Assembly (NCBI GenBank): GCA_963793425.1
Contig: CAWCAG010000007.1
Span: 288,001-352,000 of the forward strand
Origin: an uncultured cyanobacterium
Lineage (GTDB): Bacteria > Cyanobacteriota > Cyanobacteriia > Cyanobacteriales > CAWCAG01
DNA: 64,000 nt
Direction of reading: 5' to 3'
The notes below the pieces were generated by a model. The model was not told where the DNA came from. It searched no databases and saw nothing but the letters and a program-made list of their open reading frames with translations. The translations under genes were made by a program, and so were the position numbers. Below, one piece after another: positions 40,875-50,906 of this stretch. Numbering within the stretch: the first letter of the stretch is position 1; every line of letters starts with the position of its first letter.

Positions 40875-41855
40875 TTACTTTTCTTGACGCTTAGTCGGTT
40901 TAGGAATAGGTTTACCAGTGGATGACGAGGGCTTATCTTTCTTGGGGCGAGGACGATTGCCGGAAAAAGATTTGCGTCCCTTTTGAGGGCGGCGACGGTT
41001 GTTTCCAGAGCCTTTTTTGCCTTTTCTTTTTTTGATAGGCATAACTCCAACATCCGTAGCTTCTTGAATGGCAAGCTTGTTACCTTGTAGTTGTACCTCA
41101 AAGTCCCAAAAATGCCCTACGGCGCGATCGCTGTGGAGATCACCACTAAGTTCTAATTTAAAAAACTTGGTGCTTTCCGACTCTCGACGGGGAGCTTGTT
41201 GAATTTTGACAATAACTTTTTCTTCTTCTTGAGAGTAATAAATTACCTCCCCACGAATAGAAAAGAAACCATCTTTAACATCATCCTCAGAAGTTGTTTC
41301 CTCTACCTTTGTTTCTTTGGTTGAGTCAACATCATCTGCATCATCAGTTTCTGCCTGACTTAGAGTTTCTGGCTCCCAAACACCAACAATCTGTACATGT
41401 AAGTCACCCTCATTTTGTCTGGTTCGAGGATAAACAACCCAAAGATGGGATTCCTCCAAACTCAGATGGTTTTTGACCAAACTAATAACGCGGCCGAGCA
41501 AAACAGAATCTAGAGGATTCTCTTCTGAGGTAAAGAGGTTGCCTCTTGTTAGCTGCTCTTCGGAAGGTTGATATTTACCTCGAACCAAACCAATAGCCCG
41601 GTACTGCCTAGGCTCGCTAGGTGGGGGAATTGGATGCTGTCGAGATGGGGGAGCCGAATTGAGCTTAGTTGTATCATCAGAAGCTGATTCGTCTGGCTTG
41701 CCAGAAGTGTTAGTTTCTGTAGTCGGAGTTTTGGTTTCTGTAATTTGAGTTTTAGTTTCTGTAATTTTGGTTGATTCTGACGAGTCAGATGGAACTGGCG
41801 ATGGTTCGCCCGAAGGTTGATTTGCTTGCTGAAAACCGTTTCCAGAGGGGTTCAT
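40875..41855 (-). CDS. Conserved cyanobacterial hypothetical protein
   Basis: PIPPPSEP.QYRAIGLV.G.Y, HLWVVYPRT, FSIRGEV; low-complexity termini. Confidence 0.8.
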   Translation of the reverse strand: MNPSGNGFQQANQPSGEPSPVPSDSSESTKITETKTQITETKTPTTETNTSGKPDESASDDTTKLNSAPPSRQHPIPPPSEPRQYRAIGLVRGKYQPSEEQLTRGNLFTSEENPLDSVLLGRVISLVKNHLSLEESHLWVVYPRTRQNEGDLHVQIVGVWEPETLSQAETDDADDVDSTKETKVEETTSEDDVKDGFFSIRGEVIYYSQEEEKVIVKIQQAPRRESESTKFFKLELSGDLHSDRAVGHFWDFEVQLQGNKLAIQEATDVGVMPIKKRKGKKGSGNNRRRPQKGRKSFSGNRPRPKKDKPSSSTGKPIPKPTKRQEK

Positions 41856-42352
41856 AGAAAATCCTTGCAGCGGAGACACATTCCCTTATGGGAGTCAGTA
41901 TGACATCCTGTTCAAAACAGAGCAGTTGCACCAGCATCTTTAGCTCCTTGAATATTGATTAATTTTTCCTATTAGGAAAAGGAGAAATTAATCTCAAGAC
42001 TAAATTAACTTGCTGTTGACCTGCTCATTGTACTCAATGCAACAGGTTAAAAGGTAGATCAGTACAATTTACTAAACTTTTTTAAATTTAACTTCTTTGA
42101 TTGCTCATTTGCTCTTGCGAAAAACTCCCTTGTCTCAATTCTCCTTATATCTAGATTTTAATAACTAAATAATGGTTTTAGGAATAATCACCTTCTCAAT
42201 TAAAGTAAGCTCATTTTAGAGAACAGGGCTAAAATGGCAGAGTAAACTTATGGCTATCTTTGGTGTACCCTTTCTTAAGGTAGTTCAATTTTATAACTTA
42301 AAGATTTAACCTTTGCTAAAGAGTAAATATTGTTTAGATAGAGTTTAAGACC

Positions 42353-43237
42353 GTGAGAGCATCCCAACCAAAGCGCAGTCGCTGGCTATATGCAAGCGTT
42401 ATAGTATTAATCCTCGTCTTCGTCGGTTTTTCTATTTTACCTATATTAAATACTGTTGTTAGAGACAATGTATCTTCTAATAAAACAGGAAGTACAGTCA
42501 GGGAAAACCAGCAAGAAGAGCTAGAAACTGAAGCGAGGGGTTATGAGCTAGTTTTAGAGCGGGAACCCAACAATACCGCAGCCCTCAGAGGTATCATTGA
42601 TATTAAGCTACAACAGAATGATATCCAAGGAACTATTAGTCCTTTAGAAACTTTAGCTAACCTCAAACCAGAACAAACTGATTACAAAGTATTATTAGCC
42701 CAAGCTAAACAGCAAGTCGGAGATTATAATGGCTCCGCCCAAGCTTACAATCAGGTTTTGTCATTAAGACCAGGAAATATTAATGCCCTACAAGGTCTAG
42801 TGGGTTTGATGCTACAACAAGATCGCCCGGAAGGGGCTGTTGGTTTGTTACAAGAGGAGTTAAAGAAAGCGAACCAAACTAATGCTGTAGAAGCAGATAC
42901 CATTGATGCGACCTCTATTGAATTGTTATTAGGTCAAGTCTACGCTCAACAACAGCGCTATACCGAAGCCGTAGCAGTTTATGACCAAGCAACTAATAGC
43001 GATAAGCAAGATTTTCGTCCTGTATTAGCTAAAGCTTTAGTGTTGCAACAGCAAGGTAAATACGCTGAGTCTAAGCCCCTCTTTATTACCGCTGTTTCTT
43101 TAGCACCGCATAAATATAAAGACCAAATTAAACAAATGGCTTTAGAAATACCTATTCCTGATGTTGCTCCTCCTGAAGCAATTTCTGATGCTGAATCAAC
43201 TGAAGAGGATGCGGCTGAAGCTACTACACAAGAGTAG
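42353..43237 (+). CDS. Membrane-anchored TPR protein
   Basis: N-terminal TM; GYELVL.REP.N..AL; DFRP.LAKA. Confidence 0.85.
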   Translation: MRASQPKRSRWLYASVIVLILVFVGFSILPILNTVVRDNVSSNKTGSTVRENQQEELETEARGYELVLEREPNNTAALRGIIDIKLQQNDIQGTISPLETLANLKPEQTDYKVLLAQAKQQVGDYNGSAQAYNQVLSLRPGNINALQGLVGLMLQQDRPEGAVGLLQEELKKANQTNAVEADTIDATSIELLLGQVYAQQQRYTEAVAVYDQATNSDKQDFRPVLAKALVLQQQGKYAESKPLFITAVSLAPHKYKDQIKQMALEIPIPDVAPPEAISDAESTEEDAAEATTQE

Positions 43238-43405
43238 GATTTATCCATTCTTCTCGTCAAAAATCAAGCTCTTCTTCGGGAAAACATTAATATTCTTAAC
43301 AAATAATGTTGAGAATTATTTAAACTTAGCTGTCTCCTCAAGAGATTTCGGAGACAGCATGGTAACTTCAATGGAGTTTGTAAATTACACTGAGTTAGAA
43401 AAAAT

Positions 43406-43612
43406 ATGTTGAACGTGCAATCTACTCAAACAGAAAGTGAACTATTTCGCGAAGATATCAGCGAGTATGTAGCCCAGCTACAACTTCACATGGCGCTGCA
43501 AGCACGTAACTTGGTTCCCAACCTTACTCAACAAGTGGCTGATAGTAGAGAACAGCTATTACAAGAAACCCAGGCTAATATAGAAAAATTAGTTTCTCGT
43601 CAGGAAATCTAA
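43406..43612 (+). CDS. Small conserved hypothetical protein
   Basis: EYVAQLQLHM.LQARNLVP, EK..SRQ. Confidence 0.75.
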   Translation: MLNVQSTQTESELFREDISEYVAQLQLHMALQARNLVPNLTQQVADSREQLLQETQANIEKLVSRQEI

Positions 43613-43623
43613 AATTTCAACTC

Positions 43624-45243
43624 TCAAGTTGTTTGGTCTGGCTTTCTTTGGGTTCGGTAGACGTTGACTTGTCGATCAAAACCTTTAAAGCGGTACATTT
43701 TCGATTCAGTAAAAATGCTTGCGTCCTTCAGCCGCTTGTAAGTTGCCTCACTAACTACACACTCTCCTGGAGGGCAAACAGCTTCCATGCGAGAAGCTAA
43801 ATTTACTGCACCTCCTAAAACTGTATAATCTACCCTTTGGGAACTACCCACATCTCCTACTACAGCTTTGCCGCTATTGATGGCTACACGCAGTTCTAGG
43901 GGATGATTCCAAGTTTTCTTGCTGTTGAGTTGGTCAAGATGATTCAACATCTCCATAGTAGCGCTGACAGCTCTATCAGCATGATCAGCTTGAGGTTCAG
44001 GGGCCCCAAAAAAAGCCATGATGCAGTCCCCAATAAACTTATCTAAAGTCCCTCCGTATTTAAAAATGGGCTGTAGCATCTCCTCAAAAAAACGATTCAG
44101 CAATTCGGCAATTTCTGCTGGACTCAAACGTTCAGATAAAGCGCTAAAACCGACTAAATCAGCGAAAAGGATGGTAATGTCAGCTTCTTTAGGTTTAATA
44201 CGGCCATGTTCTATTGCTCCCACAGAAAGTAGTTGCTGTACCACCGCAGGAGAGTGATAGCGTTCTAATTGCTGCCGAATTTGAGCTTCCCCTTGTAGTT
44301 TCCTGGTTAATAGCCAACGCTGGACGCTGGAGGCAACTAAGTTTGCCAAAGCCGAAAAGAAACTCAAGTCATCTTCATCTAATTTGTCTGACTCAGTTAA
44401 ACGCAAATGAGCGTCAGCATAGAGTACTCCCACAACTTCCTTTTCATCCCATAAAGGAACCGCTAAAGCACCACGAATACCGTTAGCAAGAATACTATTT
44501 TCTCCTTCAAAACGCTTATCAGTTTGGGCATCAACAGTTTTGATCGCGACTTTTTGTGCAAATACTTTCTTGCAGATGCTACGGCTGATCCAATTACTAT
44601 CTTTTTTAAAATCTCGGTCTAGGGTTGGCGCTCTTGTTGCTGCGTCTATGATAGATAAATCTCCTGTGCTGCGGACATCGACTAAAAGTGCTAAACGTCC
44701 AATATCTTTAAGCTCTCGGAAGACAACCTTTTGTACTTGCTGAAAAATGGCATCAATAGACTCTGCTGAGTTTAGTCCTTTAGCAATTTCAACTAAATCT
44801 TTGAGTCTGGCGATCGCTTGTTTTTGATTATCCTGAATGCTTTTATCTCGATCAGCTTTGATCCATTGTTGTTGCAGCTCTTCTGCATTACGTAAAATTG
44901 TCCTTCTTTGGCTTCCTGGGGGTAAGGGTAAAGTTTCCTTAGCAGCTTGTTGCGGTAAGTAGACGATGATAACAACGTTACCAATTTGGATCACATCTCC
45001 GTGAGTAACATTTTGGGGAGAATCAGAGTTGAGGCGGAAACGATTTAAAATAGTTCCATTGACGCTATTTAAGTCCTCAACAGCCCATTCACCACCACCT
45101 ATTTTTTTGATACAGGTGTGGGAACGAGATACTTCAGGAAAAGGTAAACAGAGATCACATTCTGGCAAACGACCAATAATAAACTCATCTTTCGCCACAT
45201 CCACTGTTTGATTGGTTTTTCCCTGAATGTGTAGACTTAGCAT
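43624..45243 (-). CDS. FHA-GAF class III adenylate cyclase (CyaD-like)
   Basis: FHA motifs GR..., SR.H, S.NGT; LFADLVGFS, DKFIGD, DYTVLG.AVN.ASR. Confidence 0.9.
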   Translation of the reverse strand: MLSLHIQGKTNQTVDVAKDEFIIGRLPECDLCLPFPEVSRSHTCIKKIGGGEWAVEDLNSVNGTILNRFRLNSDSPQNVTHGDVIQIGNVVIIVYLPQQAAKETLPLPPGSQRRTILRNAEELQQQWIKADRDKSIQDNQKQAIARLKDLVEIAKGLNSAESIDAIFQQVQKVVFRELKDIGRLALLVDVRSTGDLSIIDAATRAPTLDRDFKKDSNWISRSICKKVFAQKVAIKTVDAQTDKRFEGENSILANGIRGALAVPLWDEKEVVGVLYADAHLRLTESDKLDEDDLSFFSALANLVASSVQRWLLTRKLQGEAQIRQQLERYHSPAVVQQLLSVGAIEHGRIKPKEADITILFADLVGFSALSERLSPAEIAELLNRFFEEMLQPIFKYGGTLDKFIGDCIMAFFGAPEPQADHADRAVSATMEMLNHLDQLNSKKTWNHPLELRVAINSGKAVVGDVGSSQRVDYTVLGGAVNLASRMEAVCPPGECVVSEATYKRLKDASIFTESKMYRFKGFDRQVNVYRTQRKPDQTT

Positions 45244-45888
45244 AGATTCTCGTCTAGATGGACAGCACTTACCCAAGGTGAGCTAGGGTTTGTAGCCATT
45301 AAAAAATTTCCTGATGATACTACGACTTAAATACTTCTACAACACCGACAAACAAATTTTCCAGCCACAGTATTTAAGCCGCTTCTAGAAGTTAGTCACT
45401 TCGAGTAGTTGATGGTAGTAAATCCTTTGGTAGATTGACCAAATTCAATACTTTTGTTTGTCTGGTTAAATTATCTAAAACGATTTCACCAAAGTTAGAT
45501 TTTAGTTTGCTGTAGAATAGGCTGATGGCTGGATGCTTATAGATGCTTTCGCCTGGAATCTTAAAATACGTAAGACCAATGGGTAAATCTACAATAATCC
45601 GAGGCGGATCGCTCGAAAGGAACTATTGGAGGATTGTTTCTCAATCTTAAGTTAAATTCTAACTGATTTCTACCGGGGTTAAATTGCCAGTTTTCAACTA
45701 TAGCTACTCTGCTTAGTTTTGTCAGCTTTTCCATACTTGTTTTTAGTGATTTTCTGCTAAAACTTATTTTTCAATATGGCGACCACGTCTTAATTTTGCT
45801 CGGAAGGCTTTTCCTGGCTACCGATTTAAGCACCAAATAAGCTAATCTTGCTCTTGATATTAATTTCTTAAGCATTTCTATCTTATTT

Positions 45889-47655
45889 ATGAATAAAATT
45901 CTGTGTCGAACAGCCCTAGGTGGTGTCATAGCAGGAAGTGTCTGGCTAGAATTAGCTACTATGTCCCCAGCAGAATCAACTCTATTTCTTTCTTATCCTC
46001 CGGATAATCACCAAACCACTGCTTCGCAAATCTTTTTAATCGGTAGTGGCAATCTAGATGTTGATGTTTCTATTAATGGCGAAGTGATTGAACGCAGTTC
46101 TCAAGGCTATTTTGCTCCTAGTTTTCCTTTAGAAATGGGAGAAAATTTATTTACTATTCGCCAAGGAAATCAAGAGGTTAAGCTAAAAATAATTAGGACT
46201 TCTGAACAAGCGACAGTGCCTCAAGGAGTAACCTTTGCTGAAAATTCCTTAACTCCACAAGTTGACTTAGCCAGATTACCAGGAGAGTTGATTTGCTTCA
46301 GTGCGATCGCCCCTACCAATGCTACGATTTCTGTACAAATAGGGACTGAAGATATTCCTTTATTTCCCCAAGATGCAAGTATATATTTGCCCCCCAACTC
46401 CGCAGCTTTAACCGCTGAAAATACTTCTGCTGCTACAACTATTACTAATCAATATCAAGGTTGTACTTCTTTTGCTAATCCAGCTAGTTTAGGACAGCCT
46501 CTTTACCAAATGAGTTTAAATGGAGAAACTGTTAGTCAGGAAAGTCCCGGACAAATAGAGATACTTACTCCTCAGCAACTACAAACCGTGGAAGTAACAG
46601 CCACAGCAGGAGTTTCTCGAACTGGTCCTAGTACTAACTATTCCCGCCTTACTCCTTTGCCCCAAGGCACTAGGGCTGCTGTGACCGGTAAAGAAGGAGA
46701 ATGGTTACGGCTAGATTATGGTGCTTGGCTCAAAAAAGAAGAAACTCGTCCCCTGCCAGGAATTACTCCTCCTCAATCTTTGATCCGTAGTATTACATCT
46801 CGGCAAGTATCTGGGGCCACAGAAATAGTTTTTCCTTTACAAATACCTGTACCAATAAGTATAGAGCAGGGTGAGAGAACTTTTACCCTAAATTTATATA
46901 ACCTTACAGCCCAGACTGATATTATCCGTCTTGACGATGATCCTTTAATCAAACGCCTCGATTGGCAGCAAGTAACACCATCACAAGTACGCTATACCTT
47001 TAATCTTAAATCCGAACAGCAATGGGGCTATGACTTGAGATATGAAGGGAATAATCTCATTTTGTCTCTGCGCCATCCTCCCTCTATATCCAGGAATTCC
47101 CTCGAAGGTATTAGCATTTTAATTGATCCTGGTCATGGAGGAGAAGAATTGGGAGCCAGGGGACCTAATGGCTTGCCAGAAAAGGAAGTTAATTTAATTG
47201 TTTCTAAGCTATTACAACAAGAATTAGTAGCACGAGGGGCAACAGTTTACCTAACCAGAGAAACGGATATTGATGTTTCTTTAGGAGATAGGGTAGAAGC
47301 GATCAATAAACTGCAACCAACTTTAGCCCTATCTGTCCACTATAACGCTTTACCTGATAGTGGTGATGCTCTCAATACCGCAGGAATTGGTATGTTTTGG
47401 TATCATCCTCAAGCCCACGATTTGGCTGTGCATCTACACAATTATTTAGTTGATAAATTGAGTCGTCCTTCCTATGGGGTATTTTGGGATAACCTTGCTT
47501 TAACTCGTCCCCACAATGCCCCAAGTCTACTAATGGAACTAGGTTTTATGATTAACCCTGAAGAGTTTGAGTGGGTAACTAATCCTCAACAACAAGAAAA
47601 ACTAGCCCAGGTGATCGCAGAAGGAATATCCGTTTGGTTACAGGAACAACGCTAG
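45889..47655 (+). CDS. N-acetylmuramoyl-L-alanine amidase (Amidase_3)
   Basis: IDPGHGG, EKEVNL, SVHYNA, LMELGF; N-terminal signal and SH3-like segment. Confidence 0.92.
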   Translation: MNKILCRTALGGVIAGSVWLELATMSPAESTLFLSYPPDNHQTTASQIFLIGSGNLDVDVSINGEVIERSSQGYFAPSFPLEMGENLFTIRQGNQEVKLKIIRTSEQATVPQGVTFAENSLTPQVDLARLPGELICFSAIAPTNATISVQIGTEDIPLFPQDASIYLPPNSAALTAENTSAATTITNQYQGCTSFANPASLGQPLYQMSLNGETVSQESPGQIEILTPQQLQTVEVTATAGVSRTGPSTNYSRLTPLPQGTRAAVTGKEGEWLRLDYGAWLKKEETRPLPGITPPQSLIRSITSRQVSGATEIVFPLQIPVPISIEQGERTFTLNLYNLTAQTDIIRLDDDPLIKRLDWQQVTPSQVRYTFNLKSEQQWGYDLRYEGNNLILSLRHPPSISRNSLEGISILIDPGHGGEELGARGPNGLPEKEVNLIVSKLLQQELVARGATVYLTRETDIDVSLGDRVEAINKLQPTLALSVHYNALPDSGDALNTAGIGMFWYHPQAHDLAVHLHNYLVDKLSRPSYGVFWDNLALTRPHNAPSLLMELGFMINPEEFEWVTNPQQQEKLAQVIAEGISVWLQEQR

Positions 47656-47660
47656 TTATT

Positions 47661-47688
47661 AATTGATAATTGATAATTGATAATTGAT
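47661..47688. repeat. Heptamer tandem repeat (AATTGAT)x4
   Basis: aattgataattgataattgataattgat. Confidence 0.85.
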
Positions 47689-47768
47689 TGATTTAGTTAA
47701 ACTTCTCTTTATCTCTGAAGATAAATGTCAGCTTGACAGGCTGTATTCTAGTTTGAATACGCAACAGC

Positions 47769-47876
47769 TTATCCCTTATTTTCTTCTGACTCAACTACCA
47801 TCCATTTACCTGTTTTTGGGTCGCGGCGCGTTGTGAAAGGATTTTTTTGTAAAGGCTTTTCACAAAGTTTAGGCAT
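47769..47876 (-). CDS. Unannotated 35-aa protein MPKLCEKPLQKNPFTTRRDPKTGKWMVVESEENKG
   Basis: GGGAGG RBS before ATG; NPFTT.RDP.TG.W.VV motif. Confidence 0.6.
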   Translation of the reverse strand: MPKLCEKPLQKNPFTTRRDPKTGKWMVVESEENKG

Positions 47877-47994
47877 TTTTATTTCCTCCCTAGCTGCCAT
47901 AGCAATAACCTCTATTGCCAACGAAACTTGCTTTATTTGATTTTAGTAGCAATTGAGGTTGGCAAAAGGGAAACATATTGATTTTGAGTAATAA

Positions 47995-48032
47995 ATCAGC
48001 TTAAGCTCTCTTAATGTAGAGCTTAAGCTGAT
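47995..48032 (-). terminator. Perfect 15-bp stem-loop after sucrose synthase
   Basis: ATCAGCTTAAGCTCT-N8-AGAGCTTAAGCTGAT. Confidence 0.75.
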
Positions 48033-48049
48033 AGCAATTGTGGGGCAAA

Positions 48050-50470
48050 TTACCGATGATTATGCTGTTCGAGAATTTGTTTAGCCCGTGGCTTATAAAT
48101 TAGATAAAACAGTGATTCGAGATAGCGTAATAAGTCTTCACGATTTTCTTGGGAAGTAAAGTTCCAGAAACCATAAATACGCGCCAAAGACAAAAGCTTT
48201 GTGGTATGGATTTTCCAAGTATAAGTACTATATACTCGCTCCATGCCTTTTTGAGAAATTTCTTGCCAGTAACTAGGTTCTTTTTCACACTTCGTCACAA
48301 ATTCTAAGATTTTCTCAGCAGTTTCTTCTAAGTTAGTGGGGTTAATGTAGAAACCGTTTATCCGATCTTGAATGATTTCTAAAGGTCCACCAAATTGAGT
48401 GCCAAAAGTAGGCAAACCAGAAATCATTGCTTCTAGAATTGTTAGACCAAAAGCTTCAAACAAGGCTGGTTGTACAAACATACCTTGGTGATCAGCAATA
48501 ATACGATAAACTTCTCCAGAATCGTTTTTAGGTAGTCTGACACCTAACCAACGCATTTTTCCATAGAGATTGTATTCTTCGATAATTCGATAAAGCTTTT
48601 CAATTTCTTCAATTTCTTCTTTATCCTCAGAATCTTCTACCCGCAACTTTCCAGAAATAATAATTAGGTTACAATGCTGCTGTAACTCTGGAGAACGGCC
48701 AAAACATTCTGCTAAACCAGTTATGTTCTTGATCCGATCTAAACGTGCCACAGAAAAGAGGGGTCGCTTATTTGGATCATCTAGCTTGCCAACAACTTGG
48801 CTAGGATCTTCAAGGTTGAACAATAGTTCCTCTAATTGTTCTACACGGTTAGGAGTTCTATCTTCATTACGGGTGTAAGGAAAATAGACGCTTTCATTTA
48901 CTCCCGGAGGGACAACATTGAACTTAGGAGAGAATAATTCAATACCACTAACTACATGGTACAAATCTGGCATAGTAAAGCTTTCATAAGACTCATATTG
49001 CCCTACGCTATCTGGCTTGCCAACAATTTCTTGATAAGTACTGCTAATAATACAATTAGCTGCATTCATAGCAATTAAATCGGCTGTAAATTGGAGAGAA
49101 AAATGATAATTATCTTCCAAATCCTGCCAATATAAATTACTAAACAAATACTTTGATTTTTCCAAAGCATGGGCAACATTAAACTGAGTTACTCCTAGTC
49201 GTCTTGCTAGCAAGAAAGCAACTAAATTACCATCGGAATAGTTACCAACAATAAAATCAGGTTTACCTTGAAACTCTGCATAAAGTTCTTTCTCAGCATC
49301 AATAGCATAAGTTTCTAGATAAGGCCAAATTTCAAAACGAGAAATCCAATTCTGAGTCATGTTAGGATTAAATTCTCGGAATGGTACACGCAAAATCCAA
49401 GCATTGTCAGCACCGTATACTTTCTCTAGGCGTTCGTTACAACGAGTACCATCGCTGTTATGAATTAAGCGAGAAAGGATAATTACTTTTGGTTTGACGT
49501 TTAAACCATCTAACCCAGCTAAGTGAATATCTTCTTGAAGCTGTTTTTCTAAATTAACAGCCTGATCAAGAACATAAACAACCTGTCCCCCTGTATCCGG
49601 TCTTCCTAAAACTTTTTCTTGTCCAAACCAGCCATGAATAGAAACAAGGACGATACGGAAAATCATCGGTATGCGAGAAAGAAATGCTTCTAGTACTTGA
49701 TCGTCAGGAGAGTCTAGCAGTTCATCAAGCATTTCTAGGGTTTCTTTGACCCGACTGGCGGTATTTCCCCAACCAGGTTCAAAACCCATATCTTGGAGTT
49801 CAAAACGAAATTCTTCGTAGGGTTTATTACCTGGTAAATCACTAAGAAAACTTAAAGCATTTTTAACTTGGTCAGAAAGATGTGGCTGGTTTTTGATGCG
49901 GCCGTTGATTAGTAAAGTTGTGCCATTGTAACTATGTAGGTTCAGAAAAGAAAAGAGTGCTTCTAGCCATTGTCGAGGATCTTGAAAGAGTTTACTGGAA
50001 AGAAAGCGATTGAGAAAAGTAACTCCTTTACCAATATTTTTAGAGTCACGGATGGTAGGAGAATAATCATAAAAAGGTTTAAAATCTATCTCAAAAACAT
50101 TTCCTTCTTCAGGATGAAAATGATTAACAAAACGATCCCTTACATCTAATAATTCCTCAATGCTTAGTCGCTCAACTGTTAAATCTCCTAAAATACGATA
50201 GCCTTCTTGCTTGGCTATTTTAGGTCGTAATACGATACACAAACTTTCTTCTTCAAGAAGAATTTCTTGGGTATAGTAAATCATTTTACCCATGCGAGAA
50301 TAGTTATGAAAACTCTCTGGCTTTTGCGATTTTAGACAAAAATCAGTAAAAGCACTCAATATTTCGTTACGCAGTAAATAATGCTGTTCTAGTCCTTTTA
50401 ACTCACTGAAAAATTCCCGCAGATCGCCTTTTTCTTCAGAATCAAGAACCGCATCAATTAAATTGAACAT
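48050..50470 (-). CDS. susA: Sucrose synthase
   Basis: 806 aa; DTGGQVVY, GNYSDGN, HALEK.KY, QPALFEAFGLT. Confidence 0.95.
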   Translation of the reverse strand: MFNLIDAVLDSEEKGDLREFFSELKGLEQHYLLRNEILSAFTDFCLKSQKPESFHNYSRMGKMIYYTQEILLEEESLCIVLRPKIAKQEGYRILGDLTVERLSIEELLDVRDRFVNHFHPEEGNVFEIDFKPFYDYSPTIRDSKNIGKGVTFLNRFLSSKLFQDPRQWLEALFSFLNLHSYNGTTLLINGRIKNQPHLSDQVKNALSFLSDLPGNKPYEEFRFELQDMGFEPGWGNTASRVKETLEMLDELLDSPDDQVLEAFLSRIPMIFRIVLVSIHGWFGQEKVLGRPDTGGQVVYVLDQAVNLEKQLQEDIHLAGLDGLNVKPKVIILSRLIHNSDGTRCNERLEKVYGADNAWILRVPFREFNPNMTQNWISRFEIWPYLETYAIDAEKELYAEFQGKPDFIVGNYSDGNLVAFLLARRLGVTQFNVAHALEKSKYLFSNLYWQDLEDNYHFSLQFTADLIAMNAANCIISSTYQEIVGKPDSVGQYESYESFTMPDLYHVVSGIELFSPKFNVVPPGVNESVYFPYTRNEDRTPNRVEQLEELLFNLEDPSQVVGKLDDPNKRPLFSVARLDRIKNITGLAECFGRSPELQQHCNLIIISGKLRVEDSEDKEEIEEIEKLYRIIEEYNLYGKMRWLGVRLPKNDSGEVYRIIADHQGMFVQPALFEAFGLTILEAMISGLPTFGTQFGGPLEIIQDRINGFYINPTNLEETAEKILEFVTKCEKEPSYWQEISQKGMERVYSTYTWKIHTTKLLSLARIYGFWNFTSQENREDLLRYLESLFYLIYKPRAKQILEQHNHR

Positions 50471-50643
50471 GAAAATTCCTTAACAGCCTAGCAATAATGG
50501 ACTAACTACATGAAAAGTTACGAACCCTACTTGTATTTTTAAGTATTAGAGGATTCGATAAATTTGTGAATTGATAACTTGTTGTCAATTGCTTTTTGAG
50601 TTAAACAACTAACAACAAATAACTGACCTCAAATGCGTTTTGC

Positions 50644-50657
50644 GTAACTGCTTTTAC
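50644..50657. promoter_or_regulatory. Candidate NtcA site upstream of susA
   Basis: GTA-ACTGCTTT-TAC about 175 bp upstream of the start. Confidence 0.35.
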
Positions 50658-50906
50658 GTATATATTGTGGTGTTTTAAAAAAACAGGCACAGCTATGTAG
50701 AAAGGGAACTTCTTGTTTGAAGGTTATAGTAAGCAAAATCACTTACTCCCTCACAATAATTGCCAGCTTATAAATACGAGCCGAGCAGTTACGCATCTCG
50801 CTTTCAACTATAAACTATCTATCATCTAATCTGAAATAATTAATCTTAAAATACAGATAATTTTTTCATGAGGTTGTTACCTTGAACTAAATTCAATTTA
50901 GGCAAA

